Below are positions 1-18,000 of a stretch of DNA of 64,000 bases, one piece after another (the first letter of the stretch is position 1; each line of letters opens with the position of its first letter). The notes beneath the pieces are model-generated. The model had not been told where the DNA came from and searched no databases. It worked only from the letters and a program-made list of their open reading frames with translations. Origin of the DNA: Bugula neritina. Taxonomy: Eukaryota > Animalia > Bryozoa. The translations under genes and the position numbers were made by a program. The stretch lies in contig OZ037768.1 of assembly GCA_964035545.1 (NCBI GenBank), forward strand, positions 8,898,741 through 8,962,740, written 5' to 3'.

Positions 1-522
1 TTAGGAAATTAATCTAGTAGATATTTACTTTTGTATTCATTATAGTTACAACTAATACTAAAGTAAAGGGTGACTGCCATCATTTGTGGTAATAATAAAA
101 TTGCCTAAATATAGTGTATTAGTAACTCTTTGTTAGTTCTAGTAGTTAGTAATCACATCACATTATCTGACATAGTACAAGTTAATTTTATAAACAGTGT
201 GGTTTATGATAAAATAAGATTATCAACATATATTTGCACATGCACCTAGACACTTTTTTTGTGGAAACTATCCCCATGTAACACCCTCAATCATTATGGC
301 AGTAGGTGATTCTTTAATTATCTACAAAAAATTTAATGTTATAAAAGGAAATTTTTTGCAAAAGACCATGAGCTGCATAATTTAAGATTACCCAATTTTT
401 GCTCAATTTATTTACCAAACTTGAAAAACTGTTGATTGGGTAGCAAATGATTTCTTTCAATTACTGTTTCTAAAAAGTTGTTTGCAAAGTTACTTAGAGT
501 TTGCTTTTGTTTGTAGAAGTAG

Positions 523-5627
<5,105 letters not shown>

Positions 5628-7165
5628 ATTCAGCATCTAGCAATCAGACCCTGTGTAGTTAGTTATATCTTTAAAATGTTGCATTGTTGAGCAGTTGTAG
5701 TATTATTATTATATAATTATTATAAAGCTGTAACGTTTGTTATCGTTAGATTTAATGCATGAAAATATTGTTGTACTCCTCAAAGTCATGTTATATTTAT
5801 ATTTCCTACAATATTACATTATATATATAATATATTTTTCTCCAAACAGTGACCCTTACATAGGATATTTAGCTTACAATATTGGGATATATTAGTATAA
5901 TTATTGTAATATTATGTATATTTAAACTTTGTATATGTTGCTGTTGTTAAAGCGGTGGAATGTCACTGTGAATTTTGTAAGACTTCCGGGCTGTGTGGCT
6001 AATATTTTAAAACTTTCATTTCTCTTAGTGAATCCTATTATAGTTAGTACTAGTGCTATATGCCTCTACCTACTCCTTGGTTCCATCAACACTCTTAGAA
6101 AGAAAGGACAAACATGTCCTCATTTGTTGCTTGACAATTGTTCAGTCTACAGCTATGTAATATTAAAACTGTTATTTTGCTTTAACCACTTTGTTCTGCT
6201 CCATGTTGTTTATTTAGGCTTTATATATGCAGCTTGCAATTTGCCTTTCTATAAATTTATGTTACTTCACATTTTTTGGTTTTGTTCCCAGTTTATTTAC
6301 TTTTGCATCTGAGTTGAATTGTTTTAAGCATAAATAGTTATGACTAGTATCTGCATATTTACAGTACTGTGCATATTATAATATAATATTTAATTTTATT
6401 TCAATATAGCACACAAAATTTCTGTTACTCGCAAAATTTGTTTCTTTTATTTGCTTACTCCTTATTTATCAGTAATGCAATTATGTTTCCAGCATATGAT
6501 ATAAGCATTTATAGGTCATCAAGTTGTAGTTCTGGTAATTTCAAGCTAAAAATCAATTACCTCTTTGATGGAAATATCCTGAAGAATATTTAAAATTATT
6601 CCACTTGAAGCAGCATAAAATCATTATATAGATAATGTAGTAAGATATACCAAAATTCCATTATGGAAAACTTTTGTATTTTCATAGATATGAAAACTTA
6701 TGTATTGAAGATGTTATTCCTGTTTATAAGTCAAAGACACAAAGGCTTCCAAAATGATATTTGCATAACATTTTATAACAACTTTTATAAGGCAATCAAA
6801 AATTATGTTCTTCCATTCATTTTCAAAGCTTCAACACAATCTAGTATGTAGCTATTCTTAAGAACTTGTGAAAAGAAGAAAATCCAAAATGTCTTCCAGT
6901 TTTTTCTAACCATGATGAGAATTATAACTGCGGAGATTTAGTAAAGCCATATCCAATATGACTTTTATACTACATATTTATTTATAGTTAGTCAAAACAA
7001 TTATTCTGTGTTGTATTTATTTTGCAAAACTTTGTTCCAATTTTAATTGAACATGCTGCTATCTATTATCTTATTTTGCATGGCAAAACTCATGTTCAAT
7101 AAATAAAATAATTTAAGTTTTGTATTTAAGTTATGTGAGAGAAAAGCAGTGACGAATAAATAAAT
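5628..7165 (+). other. Probable long U/AU-rich 3' UTR of the ELAV gene with poly(A) signals
   Basis: U-rich tracts follow the stop codon, with clustered AATAAA near 7098 and 7156. The 3' end is inferred. Confidence 0.45.
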
Positions 7166-9029
7166 GGAATATGTGTATAATCTAGTTATTATATATTGTT
7201 TTTCTGTAAAGTTCTGTTTTATTAATTGAATTGAAATATGAAATTGTTATAATATAACTGTGAGTACCTTTTGTGCTGATCAAATACAAGTAACCTACAG
7301 GTATATTTTGTTAAATTTTCAACTTTATTATGCCAACCCTCAAGCACCTACAGTTTTCAGAATTTTTTTCACGCACTAGCTAGTAACTCAATAATTGGTT
7401 TGCTGTATGAAGCCAATATTTTATTTGTATTTAGCTTGCATAAATAACTTGCAACTGCAAACTGCTTTAGATCTCAAGAGCAACATAATTAATTGGGGGA
7501 AATTTCTGACAAATGGAAACCTTTTCAAGTCTCCAAGGATTATTACCTCAATCATACTGAATAAAAGTGCAGTGCAAATTAATGGTCATATAACATTAGC
7601 AGTTAGACTATAAATATGATATTAAACTGAGCCTATACTTTCAGCATTTATTATTACGATTACATACAGACTGCAGACATGGTAATTGTTGTGAAGGGAG
7701 CAGACTAGTATATAGCTAGTAAGGGGTGTTGAATATGTTGAGAGCCTCGAGGTGTGCAAATCATTCTGTTAGACTTGAGCACTTTTAAAGTTAAAAATTA
7801 TCAGACTTAGGTTATAGCTTGTAACTGCTCAAGAAAAGTAACAAAGGAAGATGCATATTTAATTGGTTGTAATATAATACAGATAACCAGCTGCTATGTG
7901 TACATTTAACAAGCTGCCACGAGCCAGTTCCACCTTTAAGTGCAACTAATCTGTCAATTAAGTAAAATAAGCCTGCTGGTCAACATCACCAGCGGAATTT
8001 AAGAGTAATTAGTGCTCCCAACAGAGATAGATAACTGAAATATGTTGTTAACCAGTCTCAAGTTGATACATGCTCTACAATATATTATAATTACTGTATG
8101 GATTGTACGGCTGAGGCATTAGCAGCTAGTCAATATATTCATACATACTATTTATTGTGTTGCTGAATATTTTTCAGGAGCATTCAGTCATTTTTTATTG
8201 TGCTAACAATTTCATTAAAAAGCATTCTTTAGATCTAGGAAACAAAACCTGATGCAATTGCTAAATACTTAGACATCAGAGTAGCAACAACTCCTATTTG
8301 ATACACCCAGGCAGTGAAAACTCCCCATCACTCCATTTAGTAGCAGTTCCTCAATTGTTTCAAAACAGATATTTTCAGCTTTAATATCATTTGTAGCCTT
8401 TATGCATAGGAAGTGAGATTAACTGTATAATTAATAGCCATCCAGTTTCTAATTAAATCGATTTTCACTTGGCAAGAGGCATTTGAGGGGAGTCACAATT
8501 GATTAGGTCAATGCTACACCTGTGATGCTGCATGTTTGTATATAATAATATCATACATACATTAAGTATAAGATAATTAGTTGCTGGATACAAGTATTCT
8601 AATGTCTGCATGGCTAAGAGCAGGAAACCAATTGAACTCATTTTGGAGAATAACGTCTGCATACTGAAACAATTTGCTTATGGAAAATATCGACAATTAT
8701 TGTAATGTGATGCAGCAAAGTGGCCATACACGCCACATTTACCTTCATACATAATGTATGACAAACATGAAATTTGAGATTATTACCGTCTTGAAACTTA
8801 TATTTAAAAGCCACAGTAATATACACACTAAGAAGGTTTAATAGGCCTTTTGATCAATATATTTGAGTTACATGTTTAGGTCAAAATCTGATAGGCATTT
8901 ATAAACACAACATATTATTGAAAAACTAAAAACCTGTCAGCTTTCAATCATCAAGTATTCATAAACCAAACAGTAAAATAAATATGGTTTGTGTGTATAA
9001 TTGAGATCTTTCAACAGCAGCAAAGACAG

Positions 9030-12000
9030 CTAATCTGAATCAGATAACACCACTAACATTGGAGGAGACTTTCTAACGCCTTTAGTTTTTAATACCTCAA
9101 TGTCAGGCGATGGAAATCGGATTGGACTTTTTCTATCACTATTAGTTATCTTTCTTTTCAGACTATTCTGTGTTCTTGACCCACAACTTGGTAACTGCTC
9201 AGATGTTGAAATTTTATCCAGTTTAGATTCAATGGCAGTAACCTTGGAGGTAGATTCCCATTCCGATCTATGCATCCGCTTTGGTCGAGAATATGTATCA
9301 GTGTCCAGCTTATGAGGCCTGTGTGTTGAGTTAACATGACCACCATGTGAATAATATTCAGATGTGGTGTCTATTGTGTCATTTTGTTCATGAAATCTGG
9401 AGCCACTGGAACAAGAATGCCGGTTGTGTGAACTAAATTGCTTTGGACTTACAGATCTACGATGAGCTAGGGAAGACCTAGACAAAGTTCTCTCTTGATG
9501 TCTTTTTTGTGGTGAAATTTTTCTTTGAACTCTAGAAATATTGCTTTCTTTAGGATATAAAGAAGGGCGTGAGTTTTGAGAAAAATCAGTTGATGCATTG
9601 TTTTTGTTATTAGGCCTGCCAGTGCACAGGGAGTTGTCTATCACCTGTGTTGAGGGTACAGTAGTTTTGGGCTTAGCTGAACGTTTAGCCCCATTTTCAC
9701 ACACATCATTTGAGAAAAGGTGGGACTTGACATGACTATCCCTTTCTTCTGGTTGAGGTAAAACCTTCTCTCTTTTTTTTACTTTTTTCGTTTTAACTTT
9801 AGATGATTTGTCAGATTTAGACCTCTTTGATTGAGCTTTTGATGAAATAATGTCTAGTGTTGATTCTGAAACTCCTCTAAGAACATCAGAAATATCACGA
9901 GATCTATATCTCTGAGCAGTGATTTCAGGAGTAGGTGCTCGTTGAATAACAATATCATCTAGGTACCTAGTCTTTTCTTTCGACTCACAGCTGTTAGATT
10001 CAGCTTCTACTTTTTCATCCTCCATTACTTCTCTATCTATATCATTTACATTATCATCCAATTCGGCAAACCAGTCTACAGTACTAGTGCTCACAACAGG
10101 GGTTACTTCTGCACTTAAAGTTTTTACACCTTGACATGGTGATGCATTATTTTTTTTATCATTTATTGTCTCCAGACCAGACTGTGATACAACTACTTTC
10201 TCCTCTGATGGCTCTTCAAATTTACCAGGAGATGGTACATCCTCATATAGAGTACTATTCGCTTGGTGTGTTGGAGCCGTGGAGTCAAACGTGGCTTTAG
10301 CTTCCACCTCTGAGTTCTCTTTCTGCATAACATTATCTAATTTAGTTTGTATCTCAATGTTTTCAAATATATCTTGACTACTAATAGATTCTAAAGCTTG
10401 AATTTCATGCTGCTGTGTCTCTTCCACTCTCTCTTCATGTTTGGAGTTATCTTTGTCATCAACTGAGGGAGCAGCAAGTCCAGAACTACTGTCATCATTT
10501 GCACAAGGTAATTGATCATCTGTTTCACTTTGATCTTGTATGATAATGTCCTTTGAGCTTGGCAATTCATTCTTTTCATTGTTACTATCTGGTGAAATTA
10601 CTGAAAAAATGAAATAATTCAGAGTTATTCTCTTTTGAAAATTGCATTTAGAGGACAAACAACTCCAAATTTTAAACAAATGCATGTACATTTTTCCCAA
10701 TGGATTTCAGTGATTATATGTGTACTATGTATGTAGAGAAAGAGAAAATACAACTGTAGTGAATATATCCGTACCTAATGGTGATGTCTGATTGATATTG
10801 TGATGAGACTGACTATCTATTGCAGAAGAATTCCCGCCACACTCACTGCCAGCCGATGCAGTTTCTGGGTGGTGGTGGCAATCGGCCACATCAACCAACT
10901 CTCCGGCTTCAATTTCACTGCAGCTTGGAAGTTGCTCTGTATATATCTTATCAGTAAGTTTGGATGAGCCATCAATGACAAGACTATTTCTCCTGCCCTC
11001 ATTCACGTCTATATTTTGTTCAATGCACTTAGTTTCGCTCATTGGAAAATCAACTTGAGGCGTGTTATCATCATTCCTATCATCTCTACTGCTTCTCTCA
11101 TACACCAAGAGAGGTGGAGTAGATGAGTTTCCTCCAGCCTAAATACAGGCAGAAAAATAACATTATATCATGAAAACATACTACAAGAATGCAAACTTTC
11201 AACAAATTGAAAAATGCATAAATAATTACATTAATCATGTTTTGCTGGTAAAATATTATGAAGTGTACAGTTTTATACTAATTTTGGGTAAAATCTGATG
11301 GCAAAAATACATACACCCAAGTCAGCAAGCAATATGTTTTTATTGCTTGATTCTGATTTTAGGTTATTGAGAGTTGGTTTCAGCAGTTTTATTAGATACA
11401 AGTTAAAGCCCATGTGACGTTTGAACAAGATGTTGCAATGCCACTAGCAATACAAAAAATGCTACAGATTTTGCAATTCATTAAAATCTCTTTGAAAATG
11501 AAGACTTAACAAAAATTTGACATTTCATAATTATATAGTCAAAAAACTAGTGGTATTCTTGTTTTTACAGAGCCAACCACAGCCAAGACAGGGAATTTAA
11601 TAACAGATAACACATATAATGAGAATTTAATAACTGTTATCTATACAGCTGGCAAATTCTTGCCAAAGAAGATACTTTAAAATCATAAGATTATGATTCA
11701 GTGATTAAAATGATTACAGGACATGAAGCAATGGTGGACATGGTTTTTCAATCAGATTTTTATAAACAGGTCAACAAGTTGGAGATGAAAGTTTAAAGGC
11801 TGAAAGACTGTCTCCTACTTATGTGTCTAAAAAAATACAAATTGTATAATGATAAAGCAAGAACTAAAGATTAGGAAGTATATTATCCATTTCTGCGGCC
11901 ATAGTCCAGTAAATTCACAAAGCATGTCGCACTGTGTAGATGATAATATAACATTTAGCAGTTTGACCAGGAGAAAAATGTGACTGTCTTTTATTAGGTT

Positions 12001-15000
12001 GATTTTGTAAATAAACAACTATTGTACTTTAGAACATTGAAAAAGCAGGTGCTACTAAAAGCTTAGTTGAAGCAAATAACAGTCCATTGAGGTGCAGCAC
12101 CAGAGAGATTTCAATAGCCCAAGTTCTTCAATTGGTTTTCTAAGTTTTGGTTGGGGGTTAAAATTCTCTCAATAACATACTTTCTTTTGCTGCATTTTTC
12201 AATTATAACGAAGGCTTTCCCAATTTCTACATTACTACACCTACCTCAACTAACGACACCAATTTAAAGGTTAGAATTTGAAATATAGAATTCTCATTCT
12301 AAAGTTGATAATTATTGAGAAGACCGCAGCCTGCTGATTCAGCATCTCTGTTCAGAATATTCCGTGTAATTATAGCATTGCTCTATTTTTCATACTGAAC
12401 TCATGTTTTTGATTTGACAATTTCTAAAATTGCCAAAACTGCACATCATTTCACTCACCCAAGATTGAGTTTGCTCTGCTGCTCTATCATTTTCCACGAC
12501 TTGTGTGTTAGACTCATCTACAACAACCAAGCAAAGACAACTCTCAACAATTAAAAGATGCAGCATTTGGTTATCAACTTTTACTTACAGTTAGTACACA
12601 AAATTCCTTTACAAATTGTGAAAGCAAATATCACAAAAAACATAACAAATTTAAATACAAGTTTGTAATAGATACCCCTTTTTAAACAATTTTTTTCTAA
12701 AAAGAGGTAAAAATTTGCTAAAATACTGAAGTTTCAATGGCTAGAAAAGAGATATGGGCGCATAAAGTATAACGGAGGTAGACAAGAAGCACTGCGCAGT
12801 CTGTCCCACTAGTTCCATAGAGCACCCATCACACTCAACCAGAGTGAACTCAAAGAGTAAAAGTGCTTTAAATTAAACATATGCAACGGGCTTACAGTTA
12901 GAACTAACTAATCAGGAAGCAATATAATAATATATAGTGCATTACAAATACATTGCAGTATGGGAATTATAAAAAGAGGATGTCACATGAATGTTGCCAT
13001 ATGTTTGAATAATCCACATTTGACAACAATTTTAATTTCATTCCCAAATATTACCATTGTAAATATGACATGTTGTGTTCTGAGCTCCTAATAAATTACT
13101 GGATTTACATTTAAATAAAGTCATGTACACTGTATAGGTGCCAGTCAAAGATGCATTCTTACAATCCCTTTGTTTGTTGAAAAATCAATCATGAAATTGA
13201 AAAATAAATGGCGGTGACTCATGGAACACAACAACCTACAGCTGAAGTTACCAGACTCACTACTTTCATTGCTAATATTTGTAGATATCGCTACAGGCTT
13301 TCTAGCAATTTGTTTGTGGAACTCAAAAATTTCAATCCTAAGCTTGTAGCAAAACTAAAAAATACATTTTTTTTCTAACACTACTGGTTTAATGAAATAA
13401 AACATCATCTGAAAATTAGCCAGGTTAGAATTATATGTTTTATTTGGACTTGTATAAACATTGCTTGACTATATGCGCTTGTAATAGCGAACTAGGACCA
13501 ACATCATGTGTAAACAGATGGGCACCTGCAGCCACCTGTCCGGCAGGCTGATTATGACCAGAGTAACACTCCGTAAGCTGACAGAAGACAATAGATCTTC
13601 CCTCTAGCTCACTGGGGATCTCACAAGAAACTGAACCAGATGTGGACAGCTGACACTCACCCTCGGATAACGTCTCTGGCTGCTGACTCTGTAACATCCT
13701 TTTGATAGCCCTAGCTCTCATCTCCAACTCCAGTATTTCCAGTTTTTGCTTATTGATAGAGCTATGATGAGAACCTGGGAATAAAGCATGATGGTGAGGG
13801 GAGTTTAGCTGTAGCGATATAAAACAGAGCGGATTTACCATTGTAGACAAAACAGAAGATTATTTTAATGCCTAACGCTTAAAAAACTAAAATAAGTTAT
13901 ATGATGGCGTATATGTCACCTGACTTAAATATGCTTAGCAATAATTTTGTCATGAATTTGATACTAAAATCAGACAAGCATATCTGTACAATGAATCATT
14001 ATTTCAGTAATCTCAGCCAGATTCAAGTTTAATTTAATGCTTTTCAAAACATGAACACAATCTCATTGAACTTAGTAGTGTGGTATAGTATAGGCTCCAT
14101 AAATAGTACATGAAACATTTAAGCTTATAACTAATAAGTACTGTTCAGTTAGCTGGCTCATAAAATATAAATAAAATTTCTCCATTCCTAAAACTTAACA
14201 AGTAATATGAAAAACTCATACAAACCCATAGCAACTGCAATAGACTGAGGTTTCATTCTCTCCAATTCTTCCTCTATGTTTGGGATGTCTACTGACCCCT
14301 ACATTGTTGATAAATAAAACTATTAGGTAGTTATTTACAGTAATTAAAGTATACCAGCTGAATGTGTCAAATTATTTATGCTATTAAATCACTATTGTAG
14401 GAGCAGATGGAGCAATAAATATGTTTAGAAGAGACAAAAATGTAAGTGGCAGCAATTTTGTCTTAGAGATAAGTCTAAAGGTTTTAGTGAGTCTAGTCCT
14501 GGCAAACAGATATGGAAGAGTAGACACACTAAGAGAGGAGTCCCTAGATTAGCATAAAATGGGCAATAATAATATTCTGTATAATATTGCATCCATTTCA
14601 AAGGTTTTAAGACTTAGTGACAATATAGTTCTGTCAACATTTACAAATTTTAATTGTGAAATAAAATGTTTTTAATTTCGATATTTAAGTCTGCATACAC
14701 ATATTCACAAGACCAACCTACACCTACACTTCCAGCAATACCAACACCTTCATTACTAAGTAGCAATGAATAATTTACTCATGTGTCAGAATATTAATTT
14801 TTTAGGTTCATGCAATAGCATTTCAATCTTGGAGTCCTGAAATTTTTTTGTAGACTTTAAAAACAATTTATAACATAATGATTTTGTGCTTAATTAAACA
14901 TGTAAAAATTATTCATTTCAGAACCAAAAGTAATGTGGTCAAGTTAACCCCATAAATGCTTTCAAAGGTGTATAAAATCACCACAATAATACCCACATTT

Positions 15001-18000
15001 CTTAATCTCAGTTATTAAGTATGGTTAGTAGTTGATGAAGAAATGCCACCACTTTTTCATGTTACCTAAAACAAAGGCGCTAATTTCCACAACTCATTAA
15101 AATATATTTTGATGGTAAAATATGTGAGACTTTCCACCCAATTGGTTTGAAAGGAAATATTTGTAGGAGAAGCTAATCTATAGTGAGGCCATAATAGGAG
15201 CTGACCTAATTTAGAAGTTACATAATAATAGCTTAAACAAAAATACTCAAAATCTAAATTATATGAAAAAGAACAATTTTGATGGTGCAATGCAATCAAA
15301 ATTACAATGCTATATAATAAACTAGAAAATCCATCCATCATTAGTGCTGGCATTATTAAGTGTTAAATTTAATTGGAACTTTTGAAAGTTCAAAATAATG
15401 GGAAACTGGTGGTTCGTTATTGCATAATCAAAATAACTTAGACAGAATGTTTCACCACAACAATTTCTCTTTTAAAAAACAAAAAATATGTTTATAATCT
15501 CATTCCATCTATGTAAGCTTCTACAGTCATTTAACAGAGCAGAAAATGCAAGGAGCCCCACAAGATTTATGTTTAATTAGCCATCTCATCATTATGAAAT
15601 TATTATTTTTTTATAAATTTCTTAAGTTTGGTGTGATATGATTTTTGAGACATGTGTGTTGCAATACAGTTATTACCATCTCCTGGCATACAACTGTGGT
15701 GCCAAATTTATTGATGTGAATAAATGTGTAGACCACCCAAGATACAGCTTAGAAGTACCCAGGGGTGTTTGAATACCATCACCTGCATCCCTCAGCCAAT
15801 CACAGAATAGATGGAAAAATTAGAAATAAAATGTTTATTGTCATAAAACGAGATGGAAAAATTTCAGAATAAGGAATAACTGCAACTTAAATCACTCATA
15901 CTGGTCGTGTTAAAGTTGAAAAATATGATAATAATGAAAGTAATATAATCTTCCCAATATTGGGTGTAGCCATGATTCTATATTAAACAATTCAAAATAT
16001 TGCCAGCAAAGCATAGCCTATTTTACGGAAATGCTTTCTGTCAACAACAAGATCAGCTGCATATTAAGCCGACATTGAACTTTGACAATGAAAATAAATT
16101 ACAATTTAACAGCAATTAACTTGTTGAATGTCTCAGTCACTTTACGTGTTTCCTAGGAAATTAAGCTCCGAAATTATAAACTTTAGTCATATTATGAAGA
16201 TGCGACACTCAAATCAGTCTAACAGCAATGTTCTTGACCGATTTAACTTGAAATTAGTGTGACAATGGCAAGATCATGTTAGAAATAACGTGAGACTATA
16301 AATTTAAATGCAGCCCACGGAATCTTATACATACAGATAGTAATCCAAATTGATTTGTCAAAACTCGAAGATGTTGACACCATGTTTCTAACTTCAAGAG
16401 TAATACACAGCACTGCAAGCATATGTCACAAAGCGTAGAGGTAAGAATTAACTCAACTTTACATCAAATTTAATATCCTGCAACGCGATCCAAGATTGGA
16501 CAGAATTTTTGACTTTCATTGCATTATGGCACATACTATCTCCACATCAACATATTTCAATTTAACTTTTGCTATATGATGCAATAAAAATGACTCAAAC
16601 TAAAACCATGACAGACTAACTCCATCTACATTATCCAAGAGTCAAAGCTGAATTAGAGCTTTAAATTATGCTAGAGTTCTCATTCTACTCAAGCTGTTTC
16701 AACTCATTTGATCGATTTTGACCAAATAAACACAAACACCAGGTAAAAGATAAAGTATCACAACTAATACCAGCAACAACGCTCAACTAGTGTGAACTAA
16801 TAAAATATTACAAACATTCATCTCCCACGAAGCACATGAAAAGTGTCAAAAATGTTTCAAATCAGCAAATGCAGCAGCAATTTTTACACACATTATTGTA
16901 ATAAAATAGTAGTCTTTATACTTGGTGAATGAGCTAGGTCTAACACTATCTTGAAAACAAGCATCTTCTATTAAGGTAAAACATAATGACATTGGTATTG
17001 TCAGAATTTACAAAGATTGATTAATTATTTTGTGCTGATGAAACTATTTTAGCCAAATTAGGAAAAACATAGAAGTGACCAATTGGTAAAAAAGCTTATT
17101 GGACAATTAGACTAGTTTTTCTAAATCATATAAAACAGGGGGAGTTTCATGTCCTTCTAGTCCTTTTGCGTAGATAATTATAAATATAAAATGGCTATGG
17201 CCACTAAAACAGGATAAGTTTGCAGCTTAAAAATGTAAAATAAAAACAGTTTATAATCAGATCAAAAGATGTCCATGTTAGGATTTATCAGATTATTGGT
17301 AAGCATTTTTGAACAAAAAAAGTCAAACAGGTGGTGTATTGCAAAAACAACTCTTATTAAACTGTTGGGAGAAACAAATTTATACAAAAGCAAAAAAGAA
17401 GTTACATCATTAATTTGTAGCATAGTTTTATCACTTCAGTTAATCTCAACAACCTAGGAAGATAAAGGAGGGGGCATTCAATTAACTGAATACAAGTGGT
17501 AAACATAGGCAAATGCAGTATACAACTAATACTGAGCCGTCATCATAACTAACTGAGAGAAAGAAGTATTTATGCCTGTGATAATAACTTTTTTAAAGTA
17601 AGAAAATATAAAACTGATATGCCTAGAGAGTTAGCCATCAATTACATTTCATGGAAATATGCCATTTTTGTGACATCACAACCAAAAGAGCCTTGACCTA
17701 CTGGACATTGCACAAAGCAGTGTAGCCTCCCATGCTTAAGTTGTAGTCTCTACTTACTACATTGTCTGATAATGAAATCTAACTTCAATATTAAGAAAAA
17801 CTAAGTTTGAGATACTTTTATAACCCAGAAAAGCTATACAGAGGGCCTATGCTCACAGCTGTACTTTGGGGCTAATCAAAAACTTATTGACGGACAATTG
17901 AGGATATTAAAGTTTTAGTAAGCAAAACCAAAACAACTCACAACAGTAGAATCTGGAGGGTCTACATCTACTTGAACTTTCTCTAAGGTAACAATGACAT

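Noticed and set aside
5929-8826. Several short hydrophobic ORFs between ELAV and CAAP1
   Set aside because: Products of U-rich UTR or intergenic sequence, with no motifs or splice support.
9030-10700. 556-aa ORF as a stand-alone gene or as DAXX
   Set aside because: It has a good phase-compatible acceptor at 10601 and its first 33 codons look intronic. No DAXX folded domains are visible, so it is treated as the last CAAP1 exon.
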